A DNA stretch of 64,000 bases from an uncultured Verrucomicrobiae bacterium (GTDB taxonomy: Bacteria > Verrucomicrobiota > Verrucomicrobiia > Chthoniobacterales > UBA10450): assembly GCA_963834385.1 (NCBI GenBank), contig CAWIBO010000003.1:320001-384000 (forward strand), in the 5' to 3' direction. The notes below the pieces were generated by a model. It was not told where the DNA came from, made no database searches, and was given only the letters and a program-made list of their open reading frames with translations. Both the position numbers and the translations under genes were made by a program. Of the stretch, positions 54,031 to 63,920 are shown piece after piece (position 1 is the first letter of the stretch; every line of letters starts with the position of its first letter).

Positions 54031-54812
54031 CAGATGGGGACGATGTTTTCCTGGGTTTCGCGGCTGATTTGGAAGCCGTTGAAATAGACATCGTTCTTTT
54101 CGCTGTTCCGGTTGAAAAGCGCCATGCTTTCGATGTTGCCGGTGCCGGCGAGTCTGCGCCCGTTGAGTTTGGTCAGCTTTTTATCCCGCACTGTCTGAAT
54201 CTCGAGATCGTAGGTGTCCGTGCCGGTCAGGGTCACGGTCACGATCACCCCATCGTCCGAGACCGGCACTCCGCTGTCGTGGTTCGTGTCGCCATCGTGG
54301 ACCTGATAATTCGGCTGGCCCTGGTAATGGCCAAATTCAAAACGCGCCCCGGCGTTGTAGTCGCTGACCGCGGCATTGGCCTGGCCGCTGCGCAAAACCA
54401 GACCGGCCGAGCCACCCTCCGAGGTGTCTTTTTCCGATTTCTTTTCAAAGGCTCCCGTCTCCATGAGAAAGGAAAAGGATTCGCCGGGGGCGAGCGGCTG
54501 CGCGAACGGACGAAAAGCGATGGCCTGTTCGAAGCCGTCGCCATTGGCAAAAAGTCCAAAGGCTTTGTTCTCCTTGAGGATGCCGGTGACGTCCCTGTTC
54601 GTCTCCGGGTTGGCGAGGAAGAACCCGGCGAAACGGTTGTCGCCGGCAGCGTCGGTCAGGAGCGTCCAGGCGCCGAAACCGCTCCCACCGTTTTTGCCGG
54701 TCTCCCACACGGAGCCATAGGCGGAATGACTGGCGTCGTCCTCGGCGAGGTTGACCCGTTCGGCGTGGATGACGGCGGTGAGGGTGAGCAGGAGAACGAG
54801 GAAAGTGCGCAT
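53952..54812 (-). CDS. Secreted beta-sandwich-like hypothetical protein; 3' end uncertain
   Basis: Start MRTFLVLLLTLTAVIHA; NGGSGFGAW...DVYFN body; the frame runs on into the repeat stack. Confidence 0.75.
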   Translation of the reverse strand: MRTFLVLLLTLTAVIHAERVNLAEDDASHSAYGSVWETGKNGGSGFGAWTLLTDAAGDNRFAGFFLANPETNRDVTGILKENKAFGLFANGDGFEQAIAFRPFAQPLAPGESFSFLMETGAFEKKSEKDTSEGGSAGLVLRSGQANAAVSDYNAGARFEFGHYQGQPNYQVHDGDTNHDSGVPVSDDGVIVTVTLTGTDTYDLEIQTVRDKKLTKLNGRRLAGTGNIESMALFNRNSEKNDVYFNGFQISRETQENIVPICPPVGRDSVEPGCRLTTEITEGTETG

Positions 54813-54856
54813 GGGAAGATAGGTTTGCGTCGTGGCCAGAGCCGGATGGGGAACGG

Positions 54857-55702
54857 CTATCCCTTGACCGCGCCCGAGCTGAGGCCCGAGACAAGGAACC
54901 GGCTGAGGAGAAGGAAGAGCAGGACGACCGGGATGGAAACGAGGAGCGCGCCGGCGGCGTAGAGACCCCATTGCGTGCTCATGTTCGATTGGAACATCTT
55001 GAGCCCGAGCGGGAGGGTGAACATCTCGACATCCTGGAGGATGAGAGCGGCCACGACGTATTCGTTCCACGAGGTCATGAAGGAAAAGAGCGCGGTGATG
55101 ACGAGGGCGGGCGCGGCGAGCGGGAGCACGATGCGGTAGAACGACTGCCAGCGGGAACAGCCGTCGATGCCCGCAGCTTCCTCGAGGGAGAACGGAATGG
55201 TGTCGTAGTAACCCTTGAGCTGCCAGATGCAAAAGGGGAGCGCGGTCGCGGAGTAGATGACAATGACGCCGAGGTAGGAATTGATCAGGCCGAGTTTGAT
55301 CAGGATGAGGTAAAGGGGGAGCAACAGCATGGTGGCCGGGAACATCTGGGTCACGAGCAGGCCGTTGAGGGTGGTGGAGCGGCCGAGGAAACGGAACCGG
55401 GAAAGGGCGTAGCCGGCGGTGGAAGCGAGGGCGACGCCGGTGACCGTGACCGCGAGCGCGATCAGGGTGGAGTTGCCGAGCCAGCGGAGAAACGGGGTGT
55501 CGGTAAGGAGAACGCGAAAATTGGCAAGGGTGGCCCCGGCCGGGATGAGGGCGAGCGACGGGGAAAGGAGCTGGTCACCCGGGCGCAGGGCGATGGTGAC
55601 GATGCGCGAGATCGGGTAGAGCGCGAAAAGGACAAAAAGGAGCAGGGCGAAATAGCTCAGCCCGATCCGGAAGAGCTTGGCCGGCGACCTGTCGTTCTTC
55701 AC
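54857..55702 (-). CDS. Sugar ABC permease (MalG-like)
   Basis: YALSRFRF, QMFP, KGYYDTIP, EEAAGIDG, WNEY and GAVKG end. Confidence 0.92.
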   Translation of the reverse strand: MKNDRSPAKLFRIGLSYFALLLFVLFALYPISRIVTIALRPGDQLLSPSLALIPAGATLANFRVLLTDTPFLRWLGNSTLIALAVTVTGVALASTAGYALSRFRFLGRSTTLNGLLVTQMFPATMLLLPLYLILIKLGLINSYLGVIVIYSATALPFCIWQLKGYYDTIPFSLEEAAGIDGCSRWQSFYRIVLPLAAPALVITALFSFMTSWNEYVVAALILQDVEMFTLPLGLKMFQSNMSTQWGLYAAGALLVSIPVVLLFLLLSRFLVSGLSSGAVKG

Positions 55703-55726
55703 GCCGGGAAAGGCCCGACCGGGCGG

Positions 55727-56437
55727 CTACACTTTTTTCGAGCGGCGGCGCAGGAACGCCATCCCGGCCAGACCAAGGCCAACAAGGGCGTAGGTCGAGG
55801 GCTCGGGAATGAGGATCGTGGTGTTGAAGGCGGTATTAAAGGGTTGTGCAAAAGATTCGATGCTTTCCCATGCCAACGAGTCATCCAGGGACATGGTCAC
55901 GGTAGCCGGCACTACATCGGGGGTTTTCCAAAGCCATCCGTTGCTGGAGACGGTGTTATAATGAGTCGACGTTGCGATACTGGTCCCGTTGTAAAAACGT
56001 ATTGCGAGCGGGATGGAAGTCGATCCCGGCAGATTGTTTCCAGAGGTCATGCTCCCAGCGGTGAAAGTCAGGGAGAGGGCGAACGTCCCATCTCCAGCTC
56101 CATTTGCATTGAGATCACCGATAGAGATCTGCTGATAGGTTATCGTTGGGAAAGAACCCGATACTGTTTCTGTGTTTGCGCTTCCTTGACCGGCGATAGG
56201 CGTCCAAGTGCCAGTAAACCAGTTATCTGCGGTCGCCCCGCTGAAATAGCCGAGCTGAATAACTGCTCCATCACCGTCTGCGGTAGTTCCGCCTGTCAAC
56301 AGGGTTGTGTCCGACGTGTCCTGGTTGAACACCGTTTGGGATCCGGAATCAAAGCTCACGTTGGTCGACTGGCCATAAACGGCCGCAGAGCTCAAACAGA
56401 ACAGCGCAGTAAGGCAGAATCTCAACATTCGTTTCAT
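55727..56437 (-). CDS. PEP-CTERM surface protein 4
   Basis: Signal peptide; IPEPSTYAL + TM + RRRSKKV. Confidence 0.9.
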   Translation of the reverse strand: MKRMLRFCLTALFCLSSAAVYGQSTNVSFDSGSQTVFNQDTSDTTLLTGGTTADGDGAVIQLGYFSGATADNWFTGTWTPIAGQGSANTETVSGSFPTITYQQISIGDLNANGAGDGTFALSLTFTAGSMTSGNNLPGSTSIPLAIRFYNGTSIATSTHYNTVSSNGWLWKTPDVVPATVTMSLDDSLAWESIESFAQPFNTAFNTTILIPEPSTYALVGLGLAGMAFLRRRSKKV

Positions 56438-56441
56438 TAGG

Positions 56442-57472
56442 TTAAAGCGTATACGGCAGGGCCTGCGTCAGCGTGGATTGCGTTCCTGTCGCCGTGCTGC
56501 GCCGAACAACGAACATGGTGCCATTCGACGGGATGACGTCGGAATTGACGTTCGCGAGAGAGCCCGATTTTCGCCAGTTGGTCCCGTTGTAGTAGTAAAC
56601 TGAAAACGCAGAAGTGGCCGGATTCCAAATATAGACATTATCGGCCGAATTCGGACTCGTGCTGACCTGCCAATTCGGAAGGGTGTGGATGTTGGTCGCT
56701 AGGATGGTCGTTCCCGCCGGAAAGCGGTTCGAAATATACGTTGAACCAGGCCCGACGAGATCGGTGCGCTCTGTCGTGGTCGGGACTTTACCGACAAAAG
56801 TTAATTCGAGCGGACTGGTTTGGCGGCGGATGATGAAAAGACCGTCATCCGGATAAATAATCGTCCCATTCTGGTTCAAGAGAGAGCCCGATTTTCTCCA
56901 GGATGTGTTGTTGTGATAAAAGACGTCCCAGGCAGTGCCATTGAAGATATAAACATTATCCGCAGAGTTTGCGCTCGTTGCCTTGAAGAACGGATTTCCG
57001 GAGGGAAAGAGAGAGTTTAAGGTGTGGGCGGCAAAGATCTCAGCCGATTCACCCGTTGAAACTTGAAGTTCGGAGTTGGATCCCGGATTTCCGCTGACAA
57101 AAGTATAACCCGCCGTGTTTACGGTGAGAGTGTTGTCGTCATGACCTGTGATCAGAAAGAAGCGGCCCGTATTATTGCCGCTCGAAAATTTCACAAGATG
57201 TGGAGTATCCGAAAACTCGATTGAGCGGCGAAGGCTGCGTTCGAAAAAGTGAACGAAGTGGAATTGTCGAGGGACCCGACCGTGCCCTTATAAAGAGGGA
57301 TGGTGTAGAGAGGGGATGAGACAACATCACTGGTCGGGGATGTGGACGAGGTCGCTGCCGCAACAATCTTCGTTGTGAACCCGACCGGATCGGTGGTGAC
57401 GGACTGGGCGTTGAGCGAGCTAAGGACCGCGAAAGTTGCGAGGGCAAAGAGGGACGTTCGGAGGATGCGCAT
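56442..57472 (-). CDS. TIGR02597-like secreted protein; frameshift at about 57215
   Basis: Signal peptide then SVTTDPVGF; HTLNSLFP; duplicated ADNVYI...W...YY...WRKSG; FVGKVP. Confidence 0.75.
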
Positions 57473-57597
57473 AGGGAAAAGGGGACCTCGGCCAAGAGTA
57501 AAGGGAAGTGCGCGGAGAGCAAGCATAATTCCTCCTATTTTGAGAAATATCAGGTCCGCGGAGAGGCGGCAAATCCGGGTCGGAGACGGCCTGTTTT

Positions 57598-58359
57598 TCA
57601 CGGCCAGAAATGCATCTGGGCCAGCTTGATGATCAGCGCCCCGACGATGCCAAGAAACAGGACCCGCACGAACCGGCTCCCTTTGGCGATGGCCAGGCGG
57701 GTCCCGATGATCGCGCCGATGATGTTGCAGGCAGCCATGGCCAGGCCGACCCGGAACAGGATGTGCCCGGTCCACGAAAAATAGATGAGCGAGGCGACGT
57801 TGGTGGCCCAGTTGATCGCCTTGGCCGAGGCGGAAGCGCTCAGGAAATCAAACCCGAAGAGGCCGACAAACGCGAAGATCAGAAAACTCCCCATGCCGGG
57901 ACCGAAGAAGCCGTCGTAAAAGCCGAGAATCGCGCCGACCAGCAGCCCGAGAAGACGGGCCCGGTCGGGCGTGTGTTTCGGGGCGTGGACCAGTCCGAGG
58001 TCCTTGACAATGAAAACGTAGATCGCGACCGCGACGAGCAGGATGAGGACAAGAGGGCGAAGCAGGGCGGGGTCAAGCAGGGTGACGGCACGCGCGCCCA
58101 GGAGCGCAAAAAAGAACGCGGCCACCGCGGCCGGAACCACGGTGGACCAGTCCATCCGGACGTGGCGCGCATAACGCTGCAGGGCAAAGGTGGTCCCGAA
58201 AAGCGAGGCGAACTTGTTCGTCCCGAGCGCGGTCGGGACGGAGATGCCCGGGATGAAAATCATGGTCGCCGGAAGCTGGATCAGGCCGCCGCCCCCCACG
58301 GCCGCGTCAACAAACCCGGCCGCCAGCGAAAAACAGCAGAGCAGGAGCAGCTCGGTCAC
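57598..58359 (-). CDS. TSUP (TauE/SafE) family transporter
   Basis: AGFVDAAVGGGGLI, LGTNK and GFYDGFFGPG. Confidence 0.92.
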   Translation of the reverse strand: MTELLLLCCFSLAAGFVDAAVGGGGLIQLPATMIFIPGISVPTALGTNKFASLFGTTFALQRYARHVRMDWSTVVPAAVAAFFFALLGARAVTLLDPALLRPLVLILLVAVAIYVFIVKDLGLVHAPKHTPDRARLLGLLVGAILGFYDGFFGPGMGSFLIFAFVGLFGFDFLSASASAKAINWATNVASLIYFSWTGHILFRVGLAMAACNIIGAIIGTRLAIAKGSRFVRVLFLGIVGALIIKLAQMHFWP

Positions 58360-58463
58360 GGTCTGGTGTTTTCGTCGCAGACGGCGGGAAAGGCAAGGCG
58401 CGCCGGGGGGTGCGCCTGTTTTGGGAAGTTGAATCGGAGACCGCTCCGCGGGAAAGTCGGGAC

Positions 58464-58982
58464 ATGAAAAGAATGCTGTGCCTTCTCCTGGCCACGACGG
58501 TGCCGCTTTTTGCGGCCGAGAACTTCAAGGTGGGCGCCTTCACCTTCACGGTCCCGGAGGGATGGTCCAAGGTGCAGCCCTCCTCGCCGATGCGGAACGC
58601 CCAGCTCGAGGTGGCCCGGGGTCAGGAAAAAGCGGAGGTGACCTTTTTCCATTTCGGGGGCGGCAGCGGTTCTCCGGAGGACAACGTGAAACGCTGGTTT
58701 GGGCAGTTCCCCGGGAGCGACGAGAAACAAAAGAGCGAGACCGTGGAGGCGGGCCCGGTCACGATCACCTTTGCCTCGACCGAAGGAACGTTCAGCAGCG
58801 GCATGCCGGGCGGCCCCACCACGCCGGTGCCGGGCACCGGCCTTTACGGCGCGATCATGCAGCACTCGACCGGAGATGTGTACGTCAAAATGACCGGCCC
58901 GGCCACGCTGGTGGCGCAGGAGAAGGAGGCGCTGCGCAAAATGGTGCTGGAATCGGCGCGAAGCGGACTTCCGCAGAGTTAG
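58464..58982 (+). CDS. Secreted hypothetical protein
   Basis: Signal peptide; PEGW...SPMR, NVKRWFGQF and VKMTGP blocks. Confidence 0.75.
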   Translation: MKRMLCLLLATTVPLFAAENFKVGAFTFTVPEGWSKVQPSSPMRNAQLEVARGQEKAEVTFFHFGGGSGSPEDNVKRWFGQFPGSDEKQKSETVEAGPVTITFASTEGTFSSGMPGGPTTPVPGTGLYGAIMQHSTGDVYVKMTGPATLVAQEKEALRKMVLESARSGLPQS

Positions 58983-59028
58983 CGCGTTCATGCGCGCAGC
59001 AGCACCTCGCCAGCCGATGAGTGGGAGA

Positions 59029-59550
59029 ATGTTTCGTCACGCTTCTCTTTTCCTCTGTCTGGCGGCCCTCACCGGTTGCAGCACGGTCAGCGATCTGGTC
59101 GTTACCCATATCCCGGAACGCCATTCCGGCCCGGCCCGGATCGTGGTCGACCTGAGCGACCAGCAGGCCTACCTCTACCGGGGCAAACATCTCTCAGCTT
59201 CCTCCCGGATCTCGAGCGGGCGCGAAGGCTATCGCACGCCCACCGGCCGTTTCCGCGTCCTGGCCAAGGACGAAGATCATCGCTCCAGCCTTTACGGCGA
59301 CTATGTAAACCGGGATGGAGAGGTGGTCCGGGCGAACGTCGATGTGCGGAAACACCGGCGGCCGCGCGGGGCGCGCTACGTGGGAGCCCCGATGCCGTTC
59401 TATATCATGTTCAAGCCGAGCTACGGGCTTCACGCCGGCTACCTGCCGGGCCAGCCCGCCTCGCACGGTTGCATCCGGATGCCTTACTGGAAGGCGCGAC
59501 AGTTTTATCGCGCGGTGAAGGTCGGGACGCCCGTGACGGTGCGCCGATAG
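59029..59550 (+). CDS. L,D-transpeptidase (YkuD) family lipoprotein
   Basis: Lipobox LTGC; ISSG...TPTG, MPFY and GLHAG...SHGCIRM. Confidence 0.9.
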   Translation: MFRHASLFLCLAALTGCSTVSDLVVTHIPERHSGPARIVVDLSDQQAYLYRGKHLSASSRISSGREGYRTPTGRFRVLAKDEDHRSSLYGDYVNRDGEVVRANVDVRKHRRPRGARYVGAPMPFYIMFKPSYGLHAGYLPGQPASHGCIRMPYWKARQFYRAVKVGTPVTVRR

Positions 59551-60002
59551 TTTGAATTTGGAAATCAGGAAGCCAGGAAATTTAATAAGGAAAGGAGGAA
59601 AGTAGGAAAAAGCGGGATGAGAGGAATTTGGAAACCAGGAAGCCAGGAAAGAAAATGAATCAGGAAGGCAGGAAAGCAGGAACTGGATTGAATTTGGAAA
59701 GCGGAGAGTGCCTCGCCCCTTCTTCATCCTGCTTTCCTATTTTCCTGATTAAATTTCTTCCTTCTTAATTTCAAGGATGGGCCTCACGCGGAGGTTCGCT
59801 GAGGTCGCAGAGGGAGAATGAAGGAATACAGGAGAAGCGGATTCAATCACTTCCTGGTTTCCTGGCTTCCAAATTCTTCCTTCTTAATTTTCAGGATGGG
59901 CCTCACGCGGAGGGCTCTGAGGTCGCGGAGGATTGGGGAAACCAGGACGGCAGGAGGAAGCGGGTTCTGAACTTTCCTGGGTTCCTGCTTTCCTGATTCT
60001 TT
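59551..60002. repeat. GGAA repeat array, copy 4, with two GGCCTCACGCGGAG...GAGGTCGC units
   Basis: Same units as copies 1-3; shares TTCATCCTGCTTTCCTATTTTCCTGATT with 15436-15463. Confidence 0.85.
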
Positions 60003-60029
60003 CTCTCCGGTGGAGCCGCGGGATTCCCA

Positions 60030-60113
60030 TGGTGCTCGGGGGGGGACTTGAACCCCCATGCCTTGCGGCATACGCCCCTCAAACGTACGTGTCTGCCATT
60101 TCACCACCCGAGC
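60030..60113 (-). tRNA. tRNA-Leu (GAG)
   Basis: Reverse complement GCTCGGGTGGTGAAATGGCAGACACGTACGTTTGAGGGGCGTA...GAGCACCA; anticodon GAG; CCA encoded. Confidence 0.95.
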
Positions 60114-60275
60114 TTTTGGGGAGCGGAGCGCTGCTCCGCGTGAATGGGTGAATTGTATGTCGTGAACCGCTTCCCGCAAGCGGAAGAATGGAGGGGGCGC
60201 CGGTTGTTCGGACGGGGGCGCGAGCGCCCGGTCCGGACGTTACCGCGCACCGGGAAAGCGGGGTAAGTTGTCCTC

Positions 60276-61010
60276 ATGGGCACGGACGACTGGCTCAGGC
60301 TGGACCTGCACATTCACACCCTGGACGACCCGAAGGATTCGCTCGACTACAGCGCGCAGGAACTGCTGGAACGCGCGCGCGCCTGCCGCATCGAGGTGCT
60401 GGCGATCACCCTGCACGATGCCGTTTTCGATCGGCCGGAAGTTTTCGCGGCGGCGTGGGCGATGGGCCTTCTCCTGATCCCGGCGGCGGAGATGCGGCTG
60501 GAAGGGGCGGATATCGTCCTTCTCAATGTTTCCGCGGCGGAAGCGGAAAGCCTGCGCGACTTCGACGATGTGCGGGCGTTGCGGGCCCGGCGCGGGGAAA
60601 CGCTTTTCACCTTTGCGCCGCATCCGTTTTACCTGCTGGGCGGCTCGATCGGCGGGGAAAAGTTGCGGGCGAATCTTGATTGTTTCGACGCGATCGAGTG
60701 GTGCCACTTTCACCGGGGAAAGTTCAACCCGAACAGGCCGGCGGCACGGCTGGCGGAGGAATCTGGGAAACCGCTCCTGGCGACGTCGGACGCGCATCGG
60801 CTGGGAGCGTTCGGCCGCCATTACACGGAGATTCCGCGACCGGCCGAGCTCTCGGTGGAAACGGTTTTTGCCGGGCTGCGCGCGGGGCCGCGGCGGCTGA
60901 TCAGCCCGGCCTGCACCCTGGGCGAACTCCTGGGGGAGCTCTGGTTCATTTTCATCCATCATCCGGTGCGTGCCCTCTGGCGGGGGAACACGCGAAAAAG
61001 AGAGCCTTGA
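60276..61010 (+). CDS. PHP-domain protein
   Basis: DLHIHT, AITLHD, APHPF and TSDAH. Confidence 0.85.
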   Translation: MGTDDWLRLDLHIHTLDDPKDSLDYSAQELLERARACRIEVLAITLHDAVFDRPEVFAAAWAMGLLLIPAAEMRLEGADIVLLNVSAAEAESLRDFDDVRALRARRGETLFTFAPHPFYLLGGSIGGEKLRANLDCFDAIEWCHFHRGKFNPNRPAARLAEESGKPLLATSDAHRLGAFGRHYTEIPRPAELSVETVFAGLRAGPRRLISPACTLGELLGELWFIFIHHPVRALWRGNTRKREP

Positions 61011-61047
61011 ACGGGAAGGGCAAACCTGACAAAACCTTGGCATCCCC

Positions 61048-61512
61048 ATGTGCCGAATCTCTGTTCTCCTGATCGTGCTGGTGCTGGCGCTGGCCGGTTG
61101 CCAGAGCCCGAAAAAGAAAGGGCCCGAGAAGAAGGTGCCCGATCGCTCCTCTCCGGCGCTGCGGGACGACGCAAGCGATGTTGATTTCCAGGCTTTTGTC
61201 GGACGGCTGAAGGAGGCGGTGGCGGCCCGCGACATGACCACCCTGGCCGGGATGATGACGCCGGATTTCGCCTTTGTGCTTGGGGGCAGCCCGGGCGAGG
61301 ACCGCAAGGGCGACGGTGTTTTCCAGTACTGGGACGAAAACAATCTTTGGATCGAGCTGGAAGGCATCCTCTCGGAAAAATTCGTCGAGAGCGGCGGGTT
61401 CATGGTTGCCCCCCCGCAGTTTGTCACCACGCCGGACGCCTATCACGGCTACCGCGCCGGGATCAAACGAATCGGCGGAAGCTGGAAATTCGTTTATTTC
61501 GTGAACGGCTGA
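61048..61512 (+). CDS. Hypothetical lipoprotein
   Basis: Lipobox LAGC; stop overlaps the next start. Confidence 0.75.
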   Translation: MCRISVLLIVLVLALAGCQSPKKKGPEKKVPDRSSPALRDDASDVDFQAFVGRLKEAVAARDMTTLAGMMTPDFAFVLGGSPGEDRKGDGVFQYWDENNLWIELEGILSEKFVESGGFMVAPPQFVTTPDAYHGYRAGIKRIGGSWKFVYFVNG

Positions 61513-61970
61513 TGCCGCCGTCGCCCGAGCCCGGGGATGCGCTCGCCGGTTTGCCTCATCGCGCGCCCTTCGTCTTCATCGATGCTGTCCGGGAGATCGA
61601 CCCGGCCGGGCGGAGCGAATGCGAGGTCACTTTTCCGGAAGATCATCCCATGTTTTCCGGGCATTTCCCCGGGAACCCGCTCGTGCCGGGCGTGATTCTG
61701 ACGGAAGCGCTGGCGCAGGCGGCCGGGATCGCGGCCGCGGCGGGCTGCGCCGGAACACTGAAGCCGCTCTTTCTTCTCTCGGGCATTCGCGCGCTGAAGT
61801 TTTTGCGCCCGGTGCGGCCGGGCGAGCTTGTCCGGCTGTCAGCGGAGAAGACGGGCGAGATGGAGGGTCTCCGGCAGTTTCGCGTCATCGCCACCGTCGG
61901 CGACGGCGCCGTTGCGGAAGGGCAGATTATCCTGAGCGAAGCCCGGGCGGACCAGCGCCCACCGCTCTAG
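61512..61970 (+). CDS. FabZ-like 3-hydroxyacyl-ACP dehydratase
   Basis: LPHRAPFVFID, GHFPGNPLVPGVILTEALAQ and FLRPVRPG. Confidence 0.88.
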   Translation: MPPSPEPGDALAGLPHRAPFVFIDAVREIDPAGRSECEVTFPEDHPMFSGHFPGNPLVPGVILTEALAQAAGIAAAAGCAGTLKPLFLLSGIRALKFLRPVRPGELVRLSAEKTGEMEGLRQFRVIATVGDGAVAEGQIILSEARADQRPPL

Positions 61971-63920
61971 GGTGGCGGCGTCGTTGAGGAAGGAGGAGGC
62001 GGTGGGACGCGCCCGGCGTCGGGAATGGTTGCGTGCAAATCGTAGATCGCGCCCCAGTCGCCTCGATCGACGCGCCCGGTCAATCGTTCCCAGGGCCGGG
62101 TGCTGCCCGGATAATGTTTCTTCTCTTCCCGGCCCCAGAAGAGGTAGCGAACGTTCAGTTCGCGGGCGAGCTCCTGCCAGTTGGGCGCGCCCATCATGAG
62201 AGCCCGCAGCTTTTCGCTGGTGACGTCGTACTTGAAACCCTGCGTCCAAAGATGGCCGGGATACCCGAGCACCATTTTGCGTCCGTGCAGCAGGACCGGG
62301 TGATCAAAGGTGGGATGCGCGGCAAACCGCTCCTCCACCGGCAAGCGCTCGAGGGCCTGGCCGACACCGGCGTAATAGGAACGGCTGATGAGTTCAAAGC
62401 CGGGCCGGCCAGCGGCAAGCCCGCCCATGAGCGAGACAAAGCCGGAACCGAAGAGAGCCAGGCAAACGCCGGCGCGCAGCGGGAAAGACCAGCGCGCAAT
62501 CAATTCCGTCCAAAGAAAAGGGAGCACCAGGAAATAAGCCCAGATCATGATCTTGGTGTTGTCCCAGGCCCAGGGGGCGAACTTGACCAGGGCCGCGAGC
62601 AAAAAGATGGCGGAACCGGGGACCACGAAGGCGAAGGCGAGAGGCGGATCCGCCCGGCCATGCAGGCCGAGGGACGGCGGGTCCCAGCGGAGCCGGAGCG
62701 GCCCGGAGTCAAAACGCAGGCCAAAGACCCGCGCGAGGAGGATCAGCCAAAGCGGCAGAAGCAAACCGAAATTGACCAGCCAGAACTCCAGGAACGGCCG
62801 CCCAAACTCGCCGTTTGCCTGCACCCAGCCAGGCGCCCATTCCAAGAACCGAGCCGGCGCGAAAACCGTCGCTTACCTGATACATGAGGAAGGCGGCGGG
62901 CAGGAAAGCGAGGCCAACCAGGCGGAGCAGGCGCAGACGGAGACCGTTGCTGCCGAAAAGAAACCAGAAGGCGAGGACGAAGCTCAGGGCAAGGAAGGTG
63001 TGGACGTGAAAGAGCGGCAGGGTCGCGTAGAAAAAAAGCTCGAGAGCGAAGGGGAGAGGGGGAGCGGAGGCGCCGTTCCGGTCGAAAAAGCGGCGCCGCC
63101 ATTGCAGCAAGAGCAGCAGACCGGCCGGGATGGCATAAAGCAGTCCGCGCTGGGTCACGAACATGGCGAGTGGAATGCTTTTCCAGCCGATCTGCGGCAC
63201 GCCCTGGTAATCGAGCCACTGGCCGGTGGCGAAAATCTGGAACCCGGCCAGACCGCCGTTGAAAAGAAAACCGGCGACGCCGAACGGGCCGCCCCAGCGC
63301 CAGAAAGCATAAAAGGTGGCGATGGACGCGATCAGTCCCGTCCAGACCAGCCCCGCCCGGAGATCGACCTGGAGCAGGAGAAGAAAGGCGTTGAAGAGAT
63401 CGGCCCCGGCCGGGTAACGCAGTTTGCTGAAGACGTAGATGGGGCTGTCGGGCCAGAGGAGCACGCCGCTGGCGAAGTTGTTGATGTGCGCGAGATGAAG
63501 GGCCAGATCGCCGAGGTTGTTCGGCGATTGGATGCGCAGGACGTCGCCGTCGTGATAAAGCAACCAGCAAAAAGAGCGGAGCGCGAAGAGGGCAAAGCAG
63601 CCGCCAAGGAGCCAGAGCCAGAGCACACGTCCGCCGGTCGGCGCCGGCACGCCGGCCGCGGCGGCGGCCTGCGCGCGCAGGAGCCGTTTTTGCGCCCGGC
63701 GGGACAATGGTCGCGCCGGTGTTGGAGGTTCGGCAGCCGACACCGGGTCGGCCGGCGCGCCGGGACGCGCGGTGAAACGAAACGCGAGGAAGGCCACGAC
63801 CAAACCCAGGACCGCCGCGGCGACCGCCTTGGAAACGTCGAGGCCACCCGCCATGCCGAGCAGGAGCGCGCCGACCGTGGCCGCGTTGACGAAAGCAAGC
63901 CCGGCGGAAAACGATTTCAT
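61967..63920 (-). CDS. Polytopic membrane protein, possibly GT-C-type; frameshift at about 62845
   Basis: NLGDLALH...WPDSP...YP loop, many TMs, WAWDNTK, and a C-terminal GYPGHLWTQG domain. Confidence 0.7.

Noticed and set aside
15108..60002. Repeat arrays as CRISPR
   Set aside because: Repeats are degenerate, switch orientation midway and lack regular unique spacers; no cas genes in the window.
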